Counted from the stretch's first letter, positions 9,199 through 19,540 are shown. The stretch: DNA of 56,511 nt from Candidatus Binatia bacterium (GCA_038245295.1 JBBRSP010000036.1:1-56511), one strand, 5' to 3'. The notes: generated from the sequence alone by a model not told the origin. Numbers and translations: made by a program.

Positions 9199-10443
9199 TC
9201 ACCCCAATGCGCCGGCCTTGCGCAATGCGGCGATGCGCGGCGCGTCCAGGCCGAGCAACGACCCGAGAACTGCATCCGTATCGCGCCCGGCCTCGACCGC
9301 CGCCTTCTCCAGTTCCGGCAATTCCTCACCAATCATCTTGATGGGCGACGGCATCAGCTCGGAACCGACCCTCTCGCGCGCCATGAACGGCAAGCGGTCG
9401 ACGAATTGTGGGTCCCGCGTGATCGACTTCGTATCGTGCACCGGCGCGATCGGCGTATTGACGTCGAGTCCGAACTGAATCCACTCGGCGCTGCTGCGCG
9501 TCGCGAAGATCTCGTCGAGTTGGCGTCGTAGCTCCACATCACCGCGCGCGTGGTCGGCGTATTTCGAGCCGGGATTGTTGTCGTAGAGCTCGGGGCGACC
9601 AACGCCGTAGGCAAAGTTCTTCCAGAACTCACGTTCCGAGGCCATGAAGAGAACGACGCCGTCTTTCGAACGGTAACACTGGTAACGTACCGATTCGGTC
9701 ATGCTGTTATCACCGACCGGTCGCCGTGGTCCCTTGCCGTCGCCGTCGTTGCCGGTGACCTCGTCTTCCGGCCGCTCGTAGGCCTTGTTCCCTTCGATGC
9801 CGTTCCAGTTGAAGGCCGCGGCGGCATCACTCTGTGCGACTTCGAAAGTCGCCGGTTTGCCGGTCGCACGCGCGCGGATGATCGCCGCCAGGATTCCGAT
9901 CGCCGCGTACATCGGCCCGGCGTTGATGCCGATGGCCGTGTAACTCGGCAGTGTTGGCTGGCCGGCGGCGTTGATCGTCGGTCGCGCCACGCCGGCCCAG
10001 GCGTCATAGGCGATGCCGTGGCTGGGAAGATCCTTGTACGGGCCGGTAGCGCCGTAGCCGGAGATGGAGCAGAAGACGATGCGCGGATTGACCTCGCACA
10101 TCTTGGCGAAGGTGATGCCGCGACGCGCCAGGGCGCCGGGACGCATCGCCTCGATCACCGCATCGGCGCCGCGCACCAGCTCGAGGTAGAGTTCAACACC
10201 TTCCTGTTTACGCAAGTCGATGACGATGCTCTTCTTGCCGCGGTTCAAGTGCCAGTGCAGTAGCGACACGCCATCGATGATCGGGAATGCCATCTTGCGC
10301 ACGTAGTCGCCGCCGGGATTCTCGACCTTGATCACGTCGGCGCCAAGGTCGGCGAGCTGCATGCCGACGGCCGCTGGTCCGAGCAGGGAACTTTCAATGA
10401 TGCGCACTCCGCTGAGAAGCCCGCCGGTTGCTGTGTCGCTCAA
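9199..10443 (-). CDS. CoA-transferase family III (CaiB/BaiF)
   Basis: LSGVRIIE..GP, LADLGADVIKVE, NRGKKSIVIDL, SISGYGATGPY; GGAGG RBS before a TTG start. Confidence 0.93.
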   Translation of the reverse strand: MSDTATGGLLSGVRIIESSLLGPAAVGMQLADLGADVIKVENPGGDYVRKMAFPIIDGVSLLHWHLNRGKKSIVIDLRKQEGVELYLELVRGADAVIEAMRPGALARRGITFAKMCEVNPRIVFCSISGYGATGPYKDLPSHGIAYDAWAGVARPTINAAGQPTLPSYTAIGINAGPMYAAIGILAAIIRARATGKPATFEVAQSDAAAAFNWNGIEGNKAYERPEDEVTGNDGDGKGPRRPVGDNSMTESVRYQCYRSKDGVVLFMASEREFWKNFAYGVGRPELYDNNPGSKYADHARGDVELRRQLDEIFATRSSAEWIQFGLDVNTPIAPVHDTKSITRDPQFVDRLPFMARERVGSELMPSPIKMIGEELPELEKAAVEAGRDTDAVLGSLLGLDAPRIAALRKAGALG

Positions 10444-10499
10444 CTGAACCTCCTACAGAAACAGCGTGCTTCTCATACGGCGGGCGCGGCGACAAGGTA

Positions 10500-10636
10500 G
10501 GAGCCGCCGGCGGTAGTGTCTCCGTTTGACCTGTTGCCGGCTGGCGGGTGGTGGATCCCATCGCGGAGTGGCGGGCTCCGATGAGAGACCATCGGCGGGC
10601 GTGGATCCCAAAGTGAGGCACTACCGGCGCGGCTCC
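10500..10636. mobile_element. Putative MITE/structured palindromic repeat, copy 1
   Basis: Terminal inverted repeats GGTAGTGTCTC / GAGGCACTACC, extended by ggagccgc/gcggctcc; core sequence shared with 49781-49890. Confidence 0.65.
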
Positions 10637-10687
10637 AGCGTCGCTGTGGTCCTTGCAGTCCCCTAAGTCTTTTGTCAGGAGCCACCC

Positions 10688-11137
10688 ATGATCCTACGAT
10701 TCTTTCTCTATGGCTTGTTCGGCTGGTGTGCCGAGATCGTCTGGACCGCCCTCAGCGACAACGTCGAGCGCGCCATCGAAGGGGTCAAAATCGACGTGAC
10801 CCTGGCAGGCAAGACCTATCTTTGGATGTTGCCGATCTACGGCGGAGGCGGGCTGTTGTTCGAGGCCGTACATGCCGCGATTGCGACGCAGCCGTGGATC
10901 CTACGTGGGGCGATCTATATCGTCGGCTGCTTCGCGATCGAATACGTGGCCGGTTGGTTGATCAAGCAGGTGAGCGGCAAGATCCCGTGGGACTACTCGG
11001 CACGTCGTTGGCACGTACACGGTCTGATCCGTCTCGACTACGTGCCGGTGTGGTTGGTCTTCGGCTTTCTCCTCGAGATCGCCTCGCGCGGCATCGCCGC
11101 CGCCGAGCCGGCGGTGCGCGCCGCGGCCGGTGGCTGA
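10688..11137 (+). CDS. Small membrane protein (CmpB/TMEM229-like putative permease)
   Basis: FFLYGLFGWCAEIVWT, PIYG, EYVAG, PWDYS, GLIRLDY. Confidence 0.8.
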   Translation: MILRFFLYGLFGWCAEIVWTALSDNVERAIEGVKIDVTLAGKTYLWMLPIYGGGGLLFEAVHAAIATQPWILRGAIYIVGCFAIEYVAGWLIKQVSGKIPWDYSARRWHVHGLIRLDYVPVWLVFGFLLEIASRGIAAAEPAVRAAAGG

Positions 11138-11147
11138 GCCGGGCGGT

Positions 11148-12797
11148 CTACTTCGTGATCCCGAGCCTCTCGAGGGCGAGCTTGCTCGCCCAACGGTAGT
11201 CGGCCTTACCGGAAGGGCTGCGAACCATCTCGTCGACGAACAGCACGTCCTTGGGCAGCTTGTAGCGTGCCAGGTGTTTGGCGCAGAACTCGATCAGCTC
11301 TCCTGTGGGGGGCACTTCTCCCTGACGCGCTTGCACGACCGCCGTCACCTGCTGTCCGAAGCGCGGGTTCGGTGTTCCAACCACCACCGCGTCGTACACG
11401 GCCGGGTGGTGTTTCAACGCCTTCTCGACTTCTTCCGGGTAGATCTTTTCGCCGCCGGAGTTGATGCTGACCGAGCCGCGGCCGAGGACCGTAATCGTGC
11501 CATCGGCGGCGACCTTGGCGTGATCGCCGGGGACGGCATACCGCTTGCCGCCGATCATCGGGAATGTCTTCGCGGACTTCTCGGGATCCTTGAAGTAGCC
11601 GAGCGGCACGTGTCCGGTGCGCGCCAGCCAGCCACTCTCATCGCTGCCGGCCTCAACCGGCGCGCTCAAATCATCCTTCAAAACGAGCGTGTCGTCGTTC
11701 ATGCGGAAGGTGCCGGTCGTGACTGGTCCACCCTTCATTGTCGCTTGCGATCCTTGCCCGCCGGTTTCCGAGGCGCCGAAGCCGTCGAGAATCATGAGAT
11801 GCGGAATCCGTTCGAGGAATGCTTCCTTAAGCGCCGGGGTCAGGATGGCACCACCGGAGAGGATGACGGCGAGGTTCTTCAGATCGTATGACTGCTTGTC
11901 GAGCTGATCGATGAGTGGTCGCCCGAAGGCATCACCGACGATCGTGATGAAAGTGACCTTCTCGCGCTCGGCGGTGCGCCATACATCGTCGGGATCGAGC
12001 TTGCCGGGCTGATCTTGAATGATGATCGTGCCGCCCTGGTGCATGCAGCCGAAGGCCATCCAGTGCGCCGCTCCGTGCATGAACGGCGGCGCCGGCAGGG
12101 CTCGCGCCGAGCCGTTTACGGCCGCTTCGGCAACCGCCTCGACCGACGGGAAGCGCGGACCGGCGATCGGCGTGCCGCCGAGGGCTCCGAAGAAGATATC
12201 TTCCTGGCGCCACAAGACACCCTTCGGCATACCGGTCGTGCCGCCGGTGTAGAGAATGTAGAGATCATCGCCTGACCAATGGAGTTTCGGGCGTTCGGGT
12301 GAGGCTGACGCAAGGGCGGCCTCGTAGGCGACGGCCCCGGGGAGCAGTGCGTTGCCCGACTCGTCTTCCACCTGCAGCAACACCTTTAGATGCGGTAGCT
12401 CGGCGCGAATCTTCTGCAGCGTCGGGGCGAATCGCGCGTGGTAGATGAGGGCCCGACAGTCGGAGTCGTTGAGCAAGTAGATCAGCTCGTCTTCGATGTA
12501 GCGGTAGTTGACGTTGAACGGCGCCAGGCGTCCTTTGTAGGCGCCGACCATGCCTTCCATGTATTCGTTGCCATTGTGCAGGTAGAGCCCGAGATGGTCT
12601 TGCCCCGATTCGAAGTTCTTCAGCGTGGCGCGATCCTGATGACAGCCGAGCCCTTGGGACGCGAGGTAGTTGCCGAGGCGTCGCGTGCGCTCGTTGAACT
12701 GTTTCCAGGTGAAACGGCGATCGCGGTAGACGATACATTCGCGGTCCGGAACCGCAGCGGCTATCGCTTCATTGATTTCGGCAAGATTGAATTCCAT
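11148..12797 (-). CDS. Acyl-CoA synthetase (FadD19-like)
   Basis: YTGGTTGMPKG P-loop, FGASETG, PGD, GRGSVSINSGGEKIYPEEVE, RSPSGK. Confidence 0.95.
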   Translation of the reverse strand: MEFNLAEINEAIAAAVPDRECIVYRDRRFTWKQFNERTRRLGNYLASQGLGCHQDRATLKNFESGQDHLGLYLHNGNEYMEGMVGAYKGRLAPFNVNYRYIEDELIYLLNDSDCRALIYHARFAPTLQKIRAELPHLKVLLQVEDESGNALLPGAVAYEAALASASPERPKLHWSGDDLYILYTGGTTGMPKGVLWRQEDIFFGALGGTPIAGPRFPSVEAVAEAAVNGSARALPAPPFMHGAAHWMAFGCMHQGGTIIIQDQPGKLDPDDVWRTAEREKVTFITIVGDAFGRPLIDQLDKQSYDLKNLAVILSGGAILTPALKEAFLERIPHLMILDGFGASETGGQGSQATMKGGPVTTGTFRMNDDTLVLKDDLSAPVEAGSDESGWLARTGHVPLGYFKDPEKSAKTFPMIGGKRYAVPGDHAKVAADGTITVLGRGSVSINSGGEKIYPEEVEKALKHHPAVYDAVVVGTPNPRFGQQVTAVVQARQGEVPPTGELIEFCAKHLARYKLPKDVLFVDEMVRSPSGKADYRWASKLALERLGITK

Positions 12798-12829
12798 CGA
12801 ACGATCACTCCGTTTCTTGCGGCCAGCAC

Positions 12830-13366
12830 CTAGCCAGAGTGCGAAGCGCCGCCAAGGCCGAGGCGCTCGAGCCAGCGGCCCAAACCATACGGTGGTACGA
12901 TGCGCAGCACGCTGGTCTCGCTATGGCTGATGGGTCGAGAGAGAAAATAGGCGCCGACGTTGGCCGAGGCGGTGAGGCGATACGGCAGCTCGCCGAGGGA
13001 TAGAGTCCGCAGTACCGAATCCATGAGTGTTCCGAGATGCATATCGATGGACAGTTGTACGGTTTGTGCGGCCGATGCGCCGACTTCGAGCGGTTCGAGA
13101 TAGTCTCCCTCCGCAAGAGGTGTATCGCTGATCTCGAGGGCGTAGTGCAGATCCGAGACGGTGAGAGCATACGGATTGTCGTTGACGATCTCGAGGCCGA
13201 GCTTGATTCGCAGGCGTTCGGGCGTGATCGACTCCACCTTGGTACTGACGACGCGGAAGGCGGGCTCGTGATACTGCCCTGTGGCAGCGGTTAGGAAGCC
13301 GCAGCCCGGCAGAAGCATCAAAGCCATGAGTAGCAGCATCGCGTGCACCGCGGCGGGCGCTACCAT
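12830..13366 (-). CDS. LEA type 2 / WHy domain lipoprotein
   Basis: Lipobox LPGC; L.I.NDNPYAL.V..L.Y.LEI motif; start chosen at ATG 13366. Confidence 0.8.
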   Translation of the reverse strand: MVAPAAVHAMLLLMALMLLPGCGFLTAATGQYHEPAFRVVSTKVESITPERLRIKLGLEIVNDNPYALTVSDLHYALEISDTPLAEGDYLEPLEVGASAAQTVQLSIDMHLGTLMDSVLRTLSLGELPYRLTASANVGAYFLSRPISHSETSVLRIVPPYGLGRWLERLGLGGASHSG

Positions 13367-13488
13367 CGCACTGCGGCACAATCAAGCGCGGCGCTCCGGG
13401 GTTGCGTGTGGAATGCTCGAACTGTATCTCTCAGCGCAAGCTGATCGGCCCACGCGTCGATCAAATCTAACTCAGAGTTGAGGGAACT

Positions 13489-14220
13489 ATGGCGCTCGAT
13501 GTGAACAAGATTCCGGCGATTGCCGCCGACTACGCCAACAAGGATCCGCAGGAAATTATCGCTCTGGCGATCAAGGAATACGGTGGTGATCACCTCTCCG
13601 TTTCCTTTAGCGGCGCCGAAGACGTCGTCCTGGTCGATATGGCCAAGAAGGTCGGCGGTAAGTTCAACGTCTTCTCGCTCGACACCGGTCGCTTGCACCC
13701 CGAGACGTATCAGTTCCTCGAAAAGGTTCGCGAGCACTACGGGATCCCGATCGACACGTTCTTCCCGTACCCCGAAGCTGTGCAGAAGTTCGTGCACGAG
13801 AAGGGTCTGTTCTCATTCTACAAGGACGGCCACAAGGAATGCTGCAACGTGCGTAAGGTGGAGCCGCTCGTCCGCGCGTTGAAGCCGCTCAAGGCGTGGA
13901 TCACTGGGCAGCGTAAGGACCAGAGCCCCGGAACTCGCGCCGAAGTGCCGGTGGTTCAGGTTGATCCGACGTTCGGATCGGCTGACAACCAGCTGATCAA
14001 GTTCAACCCACTCGCGAACTGGACCTCCGCCCAGGTGTGGGCCTACATCCGTGAGAACAAGGTGCCGTACAACGTCCTGCACGATCGCGGCTTCGTCTCG
14101 ATCGGCTGTGAGCCGTGCACCCGTTCGATCAATCCGGGCGAGCACGAGCGCGCCGGTCGCTGGTGGTGGGAAGAGGCGACGATGAAGGAATGCGGACTAC
14201 ACGCGGGTAACGTCAAGTAA
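13489..14220 (+). CDS. cysH: Adenylylsulfate (APS)/PAPS reductase, [4Fe-4S] type
   Basis: [50 protein letters not shown]. Confidence 0.95.
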   Translation: MALDVNKIPAIAADYANKDPQEIIALAIKEYGGDHLSVSFSGAEDVVLVDMAKKVGGKFNVFSLDTGRLHPETYQFLEKVREHYGIPIDTFFPYPEAVQKFVHEKGLFSFYKDGHKECCNVRKVEPLVRALKPLKAWITGQRKDQSPGTRAEVPVVQVDPTFGSADNQLIKFNPLANWTSAQVWAYIRENKVPYNVLHDRGFVSIGCEPCTRSINPGEHERAGRWWWEEATMKECGLHAGNVK

Positions 14221-14224
14221 CCCG

Positions 14225-14437
14225 AAAAGGCTTAGGCTGAGGCTTGGGCTTAGGCTCAGGTAGATGAAGGATGATCAAAGGATCGTTTCCTTCCACTACC
14301 TGAGCCGGTTTTGCACCCAAATTCCCGGCTCAAACCAGCCGCCGGCTCACAGCAGGCTTCAGCCTGCGGAGTGCTCCAATGTGAATTGCCGTGCAAGGCC
14401 ACCTGAGCCTAAGCCTATGCCCCAGCCTAAGCCTTTT
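14225..14437. repeat. Long inverted repeat built from GGCTNR hexamers, with a nested REP core
   Basis: 37-bp arms at 14225-14261 and 14401-14437 match at 34/37; internal ctacctgagcc copy; gcaggcttcagcctgc near 14352. Confidence 0.85.
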
Positions 14438-14763
14438 TAGATTCCGCCAATATCGTCCGGATCGACATCCTTTGCCTGCTCGAGCGTGGTGACCTGCTCG
14501 CCGAAGCGCTCGCGGATCAACTGCAACACACTCAGATAGACTTTCTCTCCCTGTTCGTCGCGCACGACGAAGAACGGGGCGCGCTCGACGCCGAGGCGGG
14601 CGCCCAATTTCATTCCAGGACTCTCCGGATCACCTTCGACGGCCCAGACAACCTCATCGACGCGATCCCACAGACCACGCGCCTTGAGGTGATCGGTCAC
14701 CTCGGCGCATTTGCGACAGTCGCTGCGATCCTTCATCTGCTTCTTCACCATCGTCACGTGCAT
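14437..14763 (-). CDS. Hypothetical CxxC protein, possibly thioredoxin-like
   Basis: CRKC motif near the N-terminus and APFFVV (possible cis-Pro strand); natural amino-acid composition. Confidence 0.7.
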   Translation of the reverse strand: MHVTMVKKQMKDRSDCRKCAEVTDHLKARGLWDRVDEVVWAVEGDPESPGMKLGARLGVERAPFFVVRDEQGEKVYLSVLQLIRERFGEQVTTLEQAKDVDPDDIGGI

Positions 14764-14855
14764 GCGGGTCTAAATAAGACCGATCGCACGTCGCGGCAAC
14801 CGGGGTTGCGGCGCTGTTTGGGAGAACCTTCGCCACGCCGCCGACGACCGATGCT

Positions 14856-15690
14856 CTATTGCCTGGCCCGGAAGACACGCGTGTCGCTCCAGTGGGCCAC
14901 CGATGGGTCGGTCGTCAGAGCATCACGCAGGCGGCCCGCTTCGTAGAGACAGACGGCCTCGGTTGTTGCGACGTTCGGCTGGCCGAAGATGCTGCGGTCG
15001 GATGGCGTGCCGCCGCTTTTCAATCGTAAGGAGAATCGGCGAGCACTGCCGCCACGATCGGCTAGCCGCAGGCGGGTCCGCGCTGCCAGGTCGCAGTCGC
15101 TGCGTGGATAGGCCGGGCAGATGTTGGCAGCCGCAGTTCCCTTGAGGATCGTGAGGGATGCCGTCGTCGTGTTGCCGGCCAAATCCGTCGCGCTCAGCGT
15201 CAGGGTGTGGGTGCCCGGAGTCAGTTCATCGACGAGATCGAGATTCGTGCCGTTGCCAAGGGTGCCTTGGCGGTCGGAAGTCGGGATACTGTGTGGCATA
15301 GACGCGTACGCGCATGGGAGGCACTTCGTCGAAGGTCACCGTCGTGAAGAGGTTGTTGTTGGCCTCGTTGGGTTCCTTGACGTCATTGGGGAAGTCGGCG
15401 AGGCCAACGATCTGGATCGTCCCCGACCGCCAGCTCGCCGGCAGCTGGAAGTTGAAGCTCGTGCCGAAGGACGTGCGGTTCTGATTGGCGAAGAGTTTGG
15501 TCGGCGGCGAGTCGAGATAGCCAAGAAACGTCACCGGCCCCGGGGCAACCCGCGAGGCGACGAGACGGCCGACGACTCCGTCGAGAGTCGGCTGGCCGAT
15601 GACGTGGGCGTGTAGTCGCACCCAGGTGTTCTTGTGGGGACGAGGCGCACGGAGTTGGAGAGATCTTGTACACTCTGGGTCACCCTAAAC
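14856..15690 (-). pseudogene. Fragments of a large secreted protein gene (CARDB-like plus Ig-like pieces), frameshifted or internally deleted
   Basis: VTQSVQDLSNSVRLVPHKNTWVR...DVKEPNEANN in one frame is joined near 15285 to TSDRQGTLGNG..LTPGTHTLTLSATDLAGN in another frame; no start codon or signal peptide seen. Confidence 0.65.
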
Positions 15691-16056
15691 GAGTTCGAAA
15701 GTTACTCCAAAGATCCGTTTGCTTCGGATCGCGCGGCGCTGGGAGCGATCGCGTTCAATGCTTGAGTTGGCCGGGTATGCGTCCGACCGACTCGGCTATC
15801 AGACGGAGGCTCTGGAGGGGCTGACGACTCACGGTTCACGGGGACGAACAGCTCGAGAAGAGAAAATTCCCTTTTGATTTCAGGGGGCGCGGGCCCGAAA
15901 AGCCAAAAAACGTTGAGTTTACGTACGTAGGTAGGGCCGTCGTGACCCGTAGGAGCCCTTCCTGGGGCTCCCTGGTGCGTCACGCCAATGGTTTCGGCTC
16001 CAAAATTCTGCCGGGTTCCCGGTTGTCTGCTCGGGTATGGCAGACGCTGTGTGAGT

Positions 16057-17874
16057 CTAGGCTGCCAACGTCTCCGCCTCTTCGACCATCGCCCGGAACG
16101 GTTCCAGCCCCTGCTGCCAAAACAGTGGGTCGGCGATGTTCATGCCCAGCGGGCGCAACAGATTCTCGGGAGTATCGGAACCGCCGGCCGCCAGGAGCTT
16201 GAGATACTTGGGTACGAACGAAGCCCCCTCGCGGCGATACTGCTGATACAGCGACAGCACGAGGAGCTCACCGAATCCATAAGCGTAACAGTAGAACGGC
16301 GAGTGGATGAAGTGTGGAATGTAAGCCCACCACCAGCGGTAGTCGTCCGTGAGGATGACCGCGTCGCCGTAGAGGGCGGTGTTGACCGACTGCCAGATGT
16401 CGCCGATCGCTTCGCGCGACAACTCGCCCTGTGTGCGTCGCGCTTGGTGTAGACGCTGCTCGAACCGAGTCAGGCCGATCTGCCGGAACACCGTGCCGAT
16501 GGTGTCTTCGATTTTGCTGCACAGCAGAGCCAGGCGCGCCTTCGGATCCGTCAGGGACTGGCGCAGGTGGTCGAACACCAGCATCTCGCCGAAGACACTC
16601 GCCGTCTCAGCCGTGGTCAGCGGCGTGTCGGCTTGCAGATAGCCCTGCGGGCGCGACAGGTATTGATGCACCCCATGCCCAAGCTCGTGTGCGACGGTCA
16701 TCACGTCGTGTACTCGACCTGTGTAATTCACCAAGACGTAGGGGTGAGCGCTGGGAACGGTCGATGAGCTGAACGCGCCGCCGCGTTTGCCGTCACGCGG
16801 CGCCGCGTCGATCCAGCGCTGGTCGAAAAATTTGGCGGCGATATCGCTCATCTCCGGGGAGAACGCCGCGTAGGCGCCGAGCACGGTCTCTCGGCACTGC
16901 GACCATGTCGTGACAGTCGTATCGGCGGCGAGCGGAACATAACGGTCGTAGTCGTAGAGGACATCCAGCCCGAGAAGTCGGCGCTTCAAGCGATAGTAGC
17001 GTTGGACGAGATCGTGCCGTGCTTCACTCGCCGTCATTAGCGCTTCGACCGTCGCGCCACTGATTTCATTGGCGAGGTGTCGGGCGTCCATCGGGTTGGC
17101 GTAGTGGCGCTGTCGATCGTCAACGGCGTGATCCTGGACCAACACGTTGAAGATGAAACCGAGAAGAATCTCGTTGTCGCGCAAGCCCTTGGTCATGGCG
17201 GCTGCCGCGATGCGGCGAACTTCTCGCTGCGGTTCGTAGAGTAGGGCCAGAACTTCACTTTCATTCAGCGAGCGCTCGTTACCGTCGAGCCGGACGGAGA
17301 ACTTCATGGACGCAAAGATTTCGTCGAACAGACGCGAGAAGGCGCGGCCACCGGTGTTGGCTTTGTCCTCGAGAACACGCTCCTCAGCTTCGCTCAGGAC
17401 GTGTGGCCGGTAGCGTCGGATACTCGCGAGGTAATGGCGATACGGACGACAGCTCGGATGATCGATGATCGACTGAGCCAGTGTCTCTTCGACCGCGATC
17501 CACTCGAGATCGAAGAAGATCAAGTCCTGGCGTACGGCGGACGAAGCTTCGCGGGCCCAGGCGACGAGGGCGCCATTGTGGGCGGTGGCTAGATCGGCAG
17601 CGTGTAGAAGCTCGGCAAACACGCCGGCTTTACCGATGGCCTCGAAAATCGACTCGATCTCGCGTGTTGCCGCCGCAATCAGCTCTGGCGCGGGTCCGCC
17701 GGCGACATTGATCTTACCGCGGTAACTGTCGGCGAACTGTTTGGCGCGCGTCGCGGCGCTTGCCATATCGAGCGAGAGCTGTGGATCGTTGTGCCCGGCA
17801 TAGAGGTCACTCAAGTCCCAGGCGATCGACTCGGCCCCGGTGTTTACGGCTGGCGCTGCGTTTCCCATCCGCAT
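16057..17874 (-). CDS. pepF: Oligoendopeptidase F (peptidase M3B)
   Basis: WDLSDLY, GKRGGAF, HELGH, AETAS, HF..PFYCYAY. Confidence 0.93.
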   Translation of the reverse strand: MRMGNAAPAVNTGAESIAWDLSDLYAGHNDPQLSLDMASAATRAKQFADSYRGKINVAGGPAPELIAAATREIESIFEAIGKAGVFAELLHAADLATAHNGALVAWAREASSAVRQDLIFFDLEWIAVEETLAQSIIDHPSCRPYRHYLASIRRYRPHVLSEAEERVLEDKANTGGRAFSRLFDEIFASMKFSVRLDGNERSLNESEVLALLYEPQREVRRIAAAAMTKGLRDNEILLGFIFNVLVQDHAVDDRQRHYANPMDARHLANEISGATVEALMTASEARHDLVQRYYRLKRRLLGLDVLYDYDRYVPLAADTTVTTWSQCRETVLGAYAAFSPEMSDIAAKFFDQRWIDAAPRDGKRGGAFSSSTVPSAHPYVLVNYTGRVHDVMTVAHELGHGVHQYLSRPQGYLQADTPLTTAETASVFGEMLVFDHLRQSLTDPKARLALLCSKIEDTIGTVFRQIGLTRFEQRLHQARRTQGELSREAIGDIWQSVNTALYGDAVILTDDYRWWWAYIPHFIHSPFYCYAYGFGELLVLSLYQQYRREGASFVPKYLKLLAAGGSDTPENLLRPLGMNIADPLFWQQGLEPFRAMVEEAETLAA

Positions 17875-17933
17875 TCTCTAACTTGGCGATTCTTGGTTGG
17901 CCAGCGGGGCGCGATCTGATCTACAGGCTGAGT

Positions 17934-18800
17934 ATGCGTTGGCAATCGGGACAGCGAAGTGACGATATCGAGGACAGACGAGGCTTCGGCGGCGGAGGGG
18001 GCGGCGGCGGTAACGGCCCACGCCTCGGTCTGGGTGGCCTGCTTGTACTCGTCGCCCTCAGTTTTGTGTTCGGTCGGGATCTGGTGACGCCGGTCGTCGA
18101 GACGCAGATGTCATCGGGGCAGTATGACGAGGCGCAGCCGGGCGCGCCCCGGCAGGTTGATCCAGGCCAGGACAAACTGGTGGACTTCGTATCGTTCGTT
18201 CTCAATGACGTGCAGGACTTTTGGACGGCAGAGTTGCCGCGTCAGGGGCAGCACTATGAGAAGGCCAAGCTCGTTCTGTTCACCGACACGACGCGTTCGG
18301 GCTGTGGCTTTGCCGAGACCGCGATGGGACCGTTCTATTGCCCGATGGACCACAAGGTCTACATCGACCTCGGTTTCTACAACGAACTACGCTCGCGCTT
18401 CGGCGCGCCGGGGGATTTCGCCCAAGCCTACGTTCTGGCGCATGAGGTAGGGCATCACGTGCAGAATCTACTCGGCATCGCCTCCAAGGTGCGCGACCAA
18501 CAGCAGCAGCATCCCGAATCGGCCAACGAGCTCTCTGTTCGCTTGGAGCTGCAGGCTGATTGCTTTGCCGGCGTCTGGGGACACTCGACGCAGAGCCGCA
18601 ACATTCTCGAGGCCGGAGATGTCGAAGAAGGCCTCGGTGCCGCCGCGGCCGTCGGCGACGATCGGATTCAAAAGGCGTCCACCGGACGCGTGAATCCTGA
18701 AACCTGGACGCACGGCTCGGCGAAGCAGCGTGTCACCTGGTTCAAGCGCGGCTTCGACAACGGCCGCGTCGCTGACTGCAATACGTTCGAAGACGAATAG
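17934..18800 (+). CDS. ypfJ: Neutral zinc metallopeptidase (YpfJ-like)
   Basis: [47 protein letters not shown]. Confidence 0.92.
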   Translation: MRWQSGQRSDDIEDRRGFGGGGGGGGNGPRLGLGGLLVLVALSFVFGRDLVTPVVETQMSSGQYDEAQPGAPRQVDPGQDKLVDFVSFVLNDVQDFWTAELPRQGQHYEKAKLVLFTDTTRSGCGFAETAMGPFYCPMDHKVYIDLGFYNELRSRFGAPGDFAQAYVLAHEVGHHVQNLLGIASKVRDQQQQHPESANELSVRLELQADCFAGVWGHSTQSRNILEAGDVEEGLGAAAAVGDDRIQKASTGRVNPETWTHGSAKQRVTWFKRGFDNGRVADCNTFEDE

Positions 18801-18864
18801 GTTGTTGCGCCGCTCCGGCTCGGATAAACAACCGGCGCATCTCGAAAGGAATTCAAGGAAACAA

Positions 18865-19479
18865 ATGAGCACGGAAAAAGCGCGCAACATCGTCTGGCAT
18901 CACGGAGTGGTCACCAGCGCCGATCGCGAAGCGATCGCTGGACACAAGGCGTGTACGATTTGGATGACCGGCTTGCCGGCCTCGGGTAAGTCTACTCTCG
19001 CCGTGGCGCTCGAGAAGGCCCTGTGGGAGCGCGGCATCCATAGTTTTGTCCTCGACGGCGACAATGTTCGACATGGATTGAACAAGGACCTCGGGTTTTC
19101 CCCCGAGGACCGCGTGGAGAACATTCGCCGCATCGGCGAAGTTGCCAAACTCTTCACTGCGGCCGGTGTGATCAACATCACCGCCTTCATCTCTCCGTAT
19201 CGTGCCGACCGTGAGCGCGTGCGGCAGATCATGGCTGCCGGCGAGTTCATCGAAGTCTATGTCGATTGCCCGGTCGAGGAGTGCGAGAAACGCGATCCCA
19301 AGGGGCACTACAAGAAGGCCCGCTCCGGTGAGATGAAGGAGTTTACGGGGGTGTCAGCACCATACGAGGCGCCGGCGTCGGCAGAGCTGACGATCCAAAC
19401 GAGCCGAGCCTCGCTCGATGAATGCGTCCGCCAGGTCATGGCGTATCTCGAGGAGCATGGGTACGTAAAGGGTTCTTAG
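18865..19479 (+). CDS. cysC: Adenylyl-sulfate kinase
   Basis: [37 protein letters not shown]. Confidence 0.96.
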   Translation: MSTEKARNIVWHHGVVTSADREAIAGHKACTIWMTGLPASGKSTLAVALEKALWERGIHSFVLDGDNVRHGLNKDLGFSPEDRVENIRRIGEVAKLFTAAGVINITAFISPYRADRERVRQIMAAGEFIEVYVDCPVEECEKRDPKGHYKKARSGEMKEFTGVSAPYEAPASAELTIQTSRASLDECVRQVMAYLEEHGYVKGS

Positions 19480-19508
19480 TGGCGACTTGTTCGAAGCGCC
19501 CGTGACGA

Positions 19509-19540
19509 AGAAAGGGGCGGCCACTTGGCCGCCCCTTTCT
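19509..19540. terminator. Probable bidirectional intrinsic terminator
   Basis: agaaaggggcggcca-ct-tggccgcccctttct perfect hairpin between convergent genes. Confidence 0.85.

Noticed and set aside
15910..15945. dif site (TACGTAAACT resembling a XerD arm)
   Set aside because: No XerC arm at the required 11-6-11 spacing.
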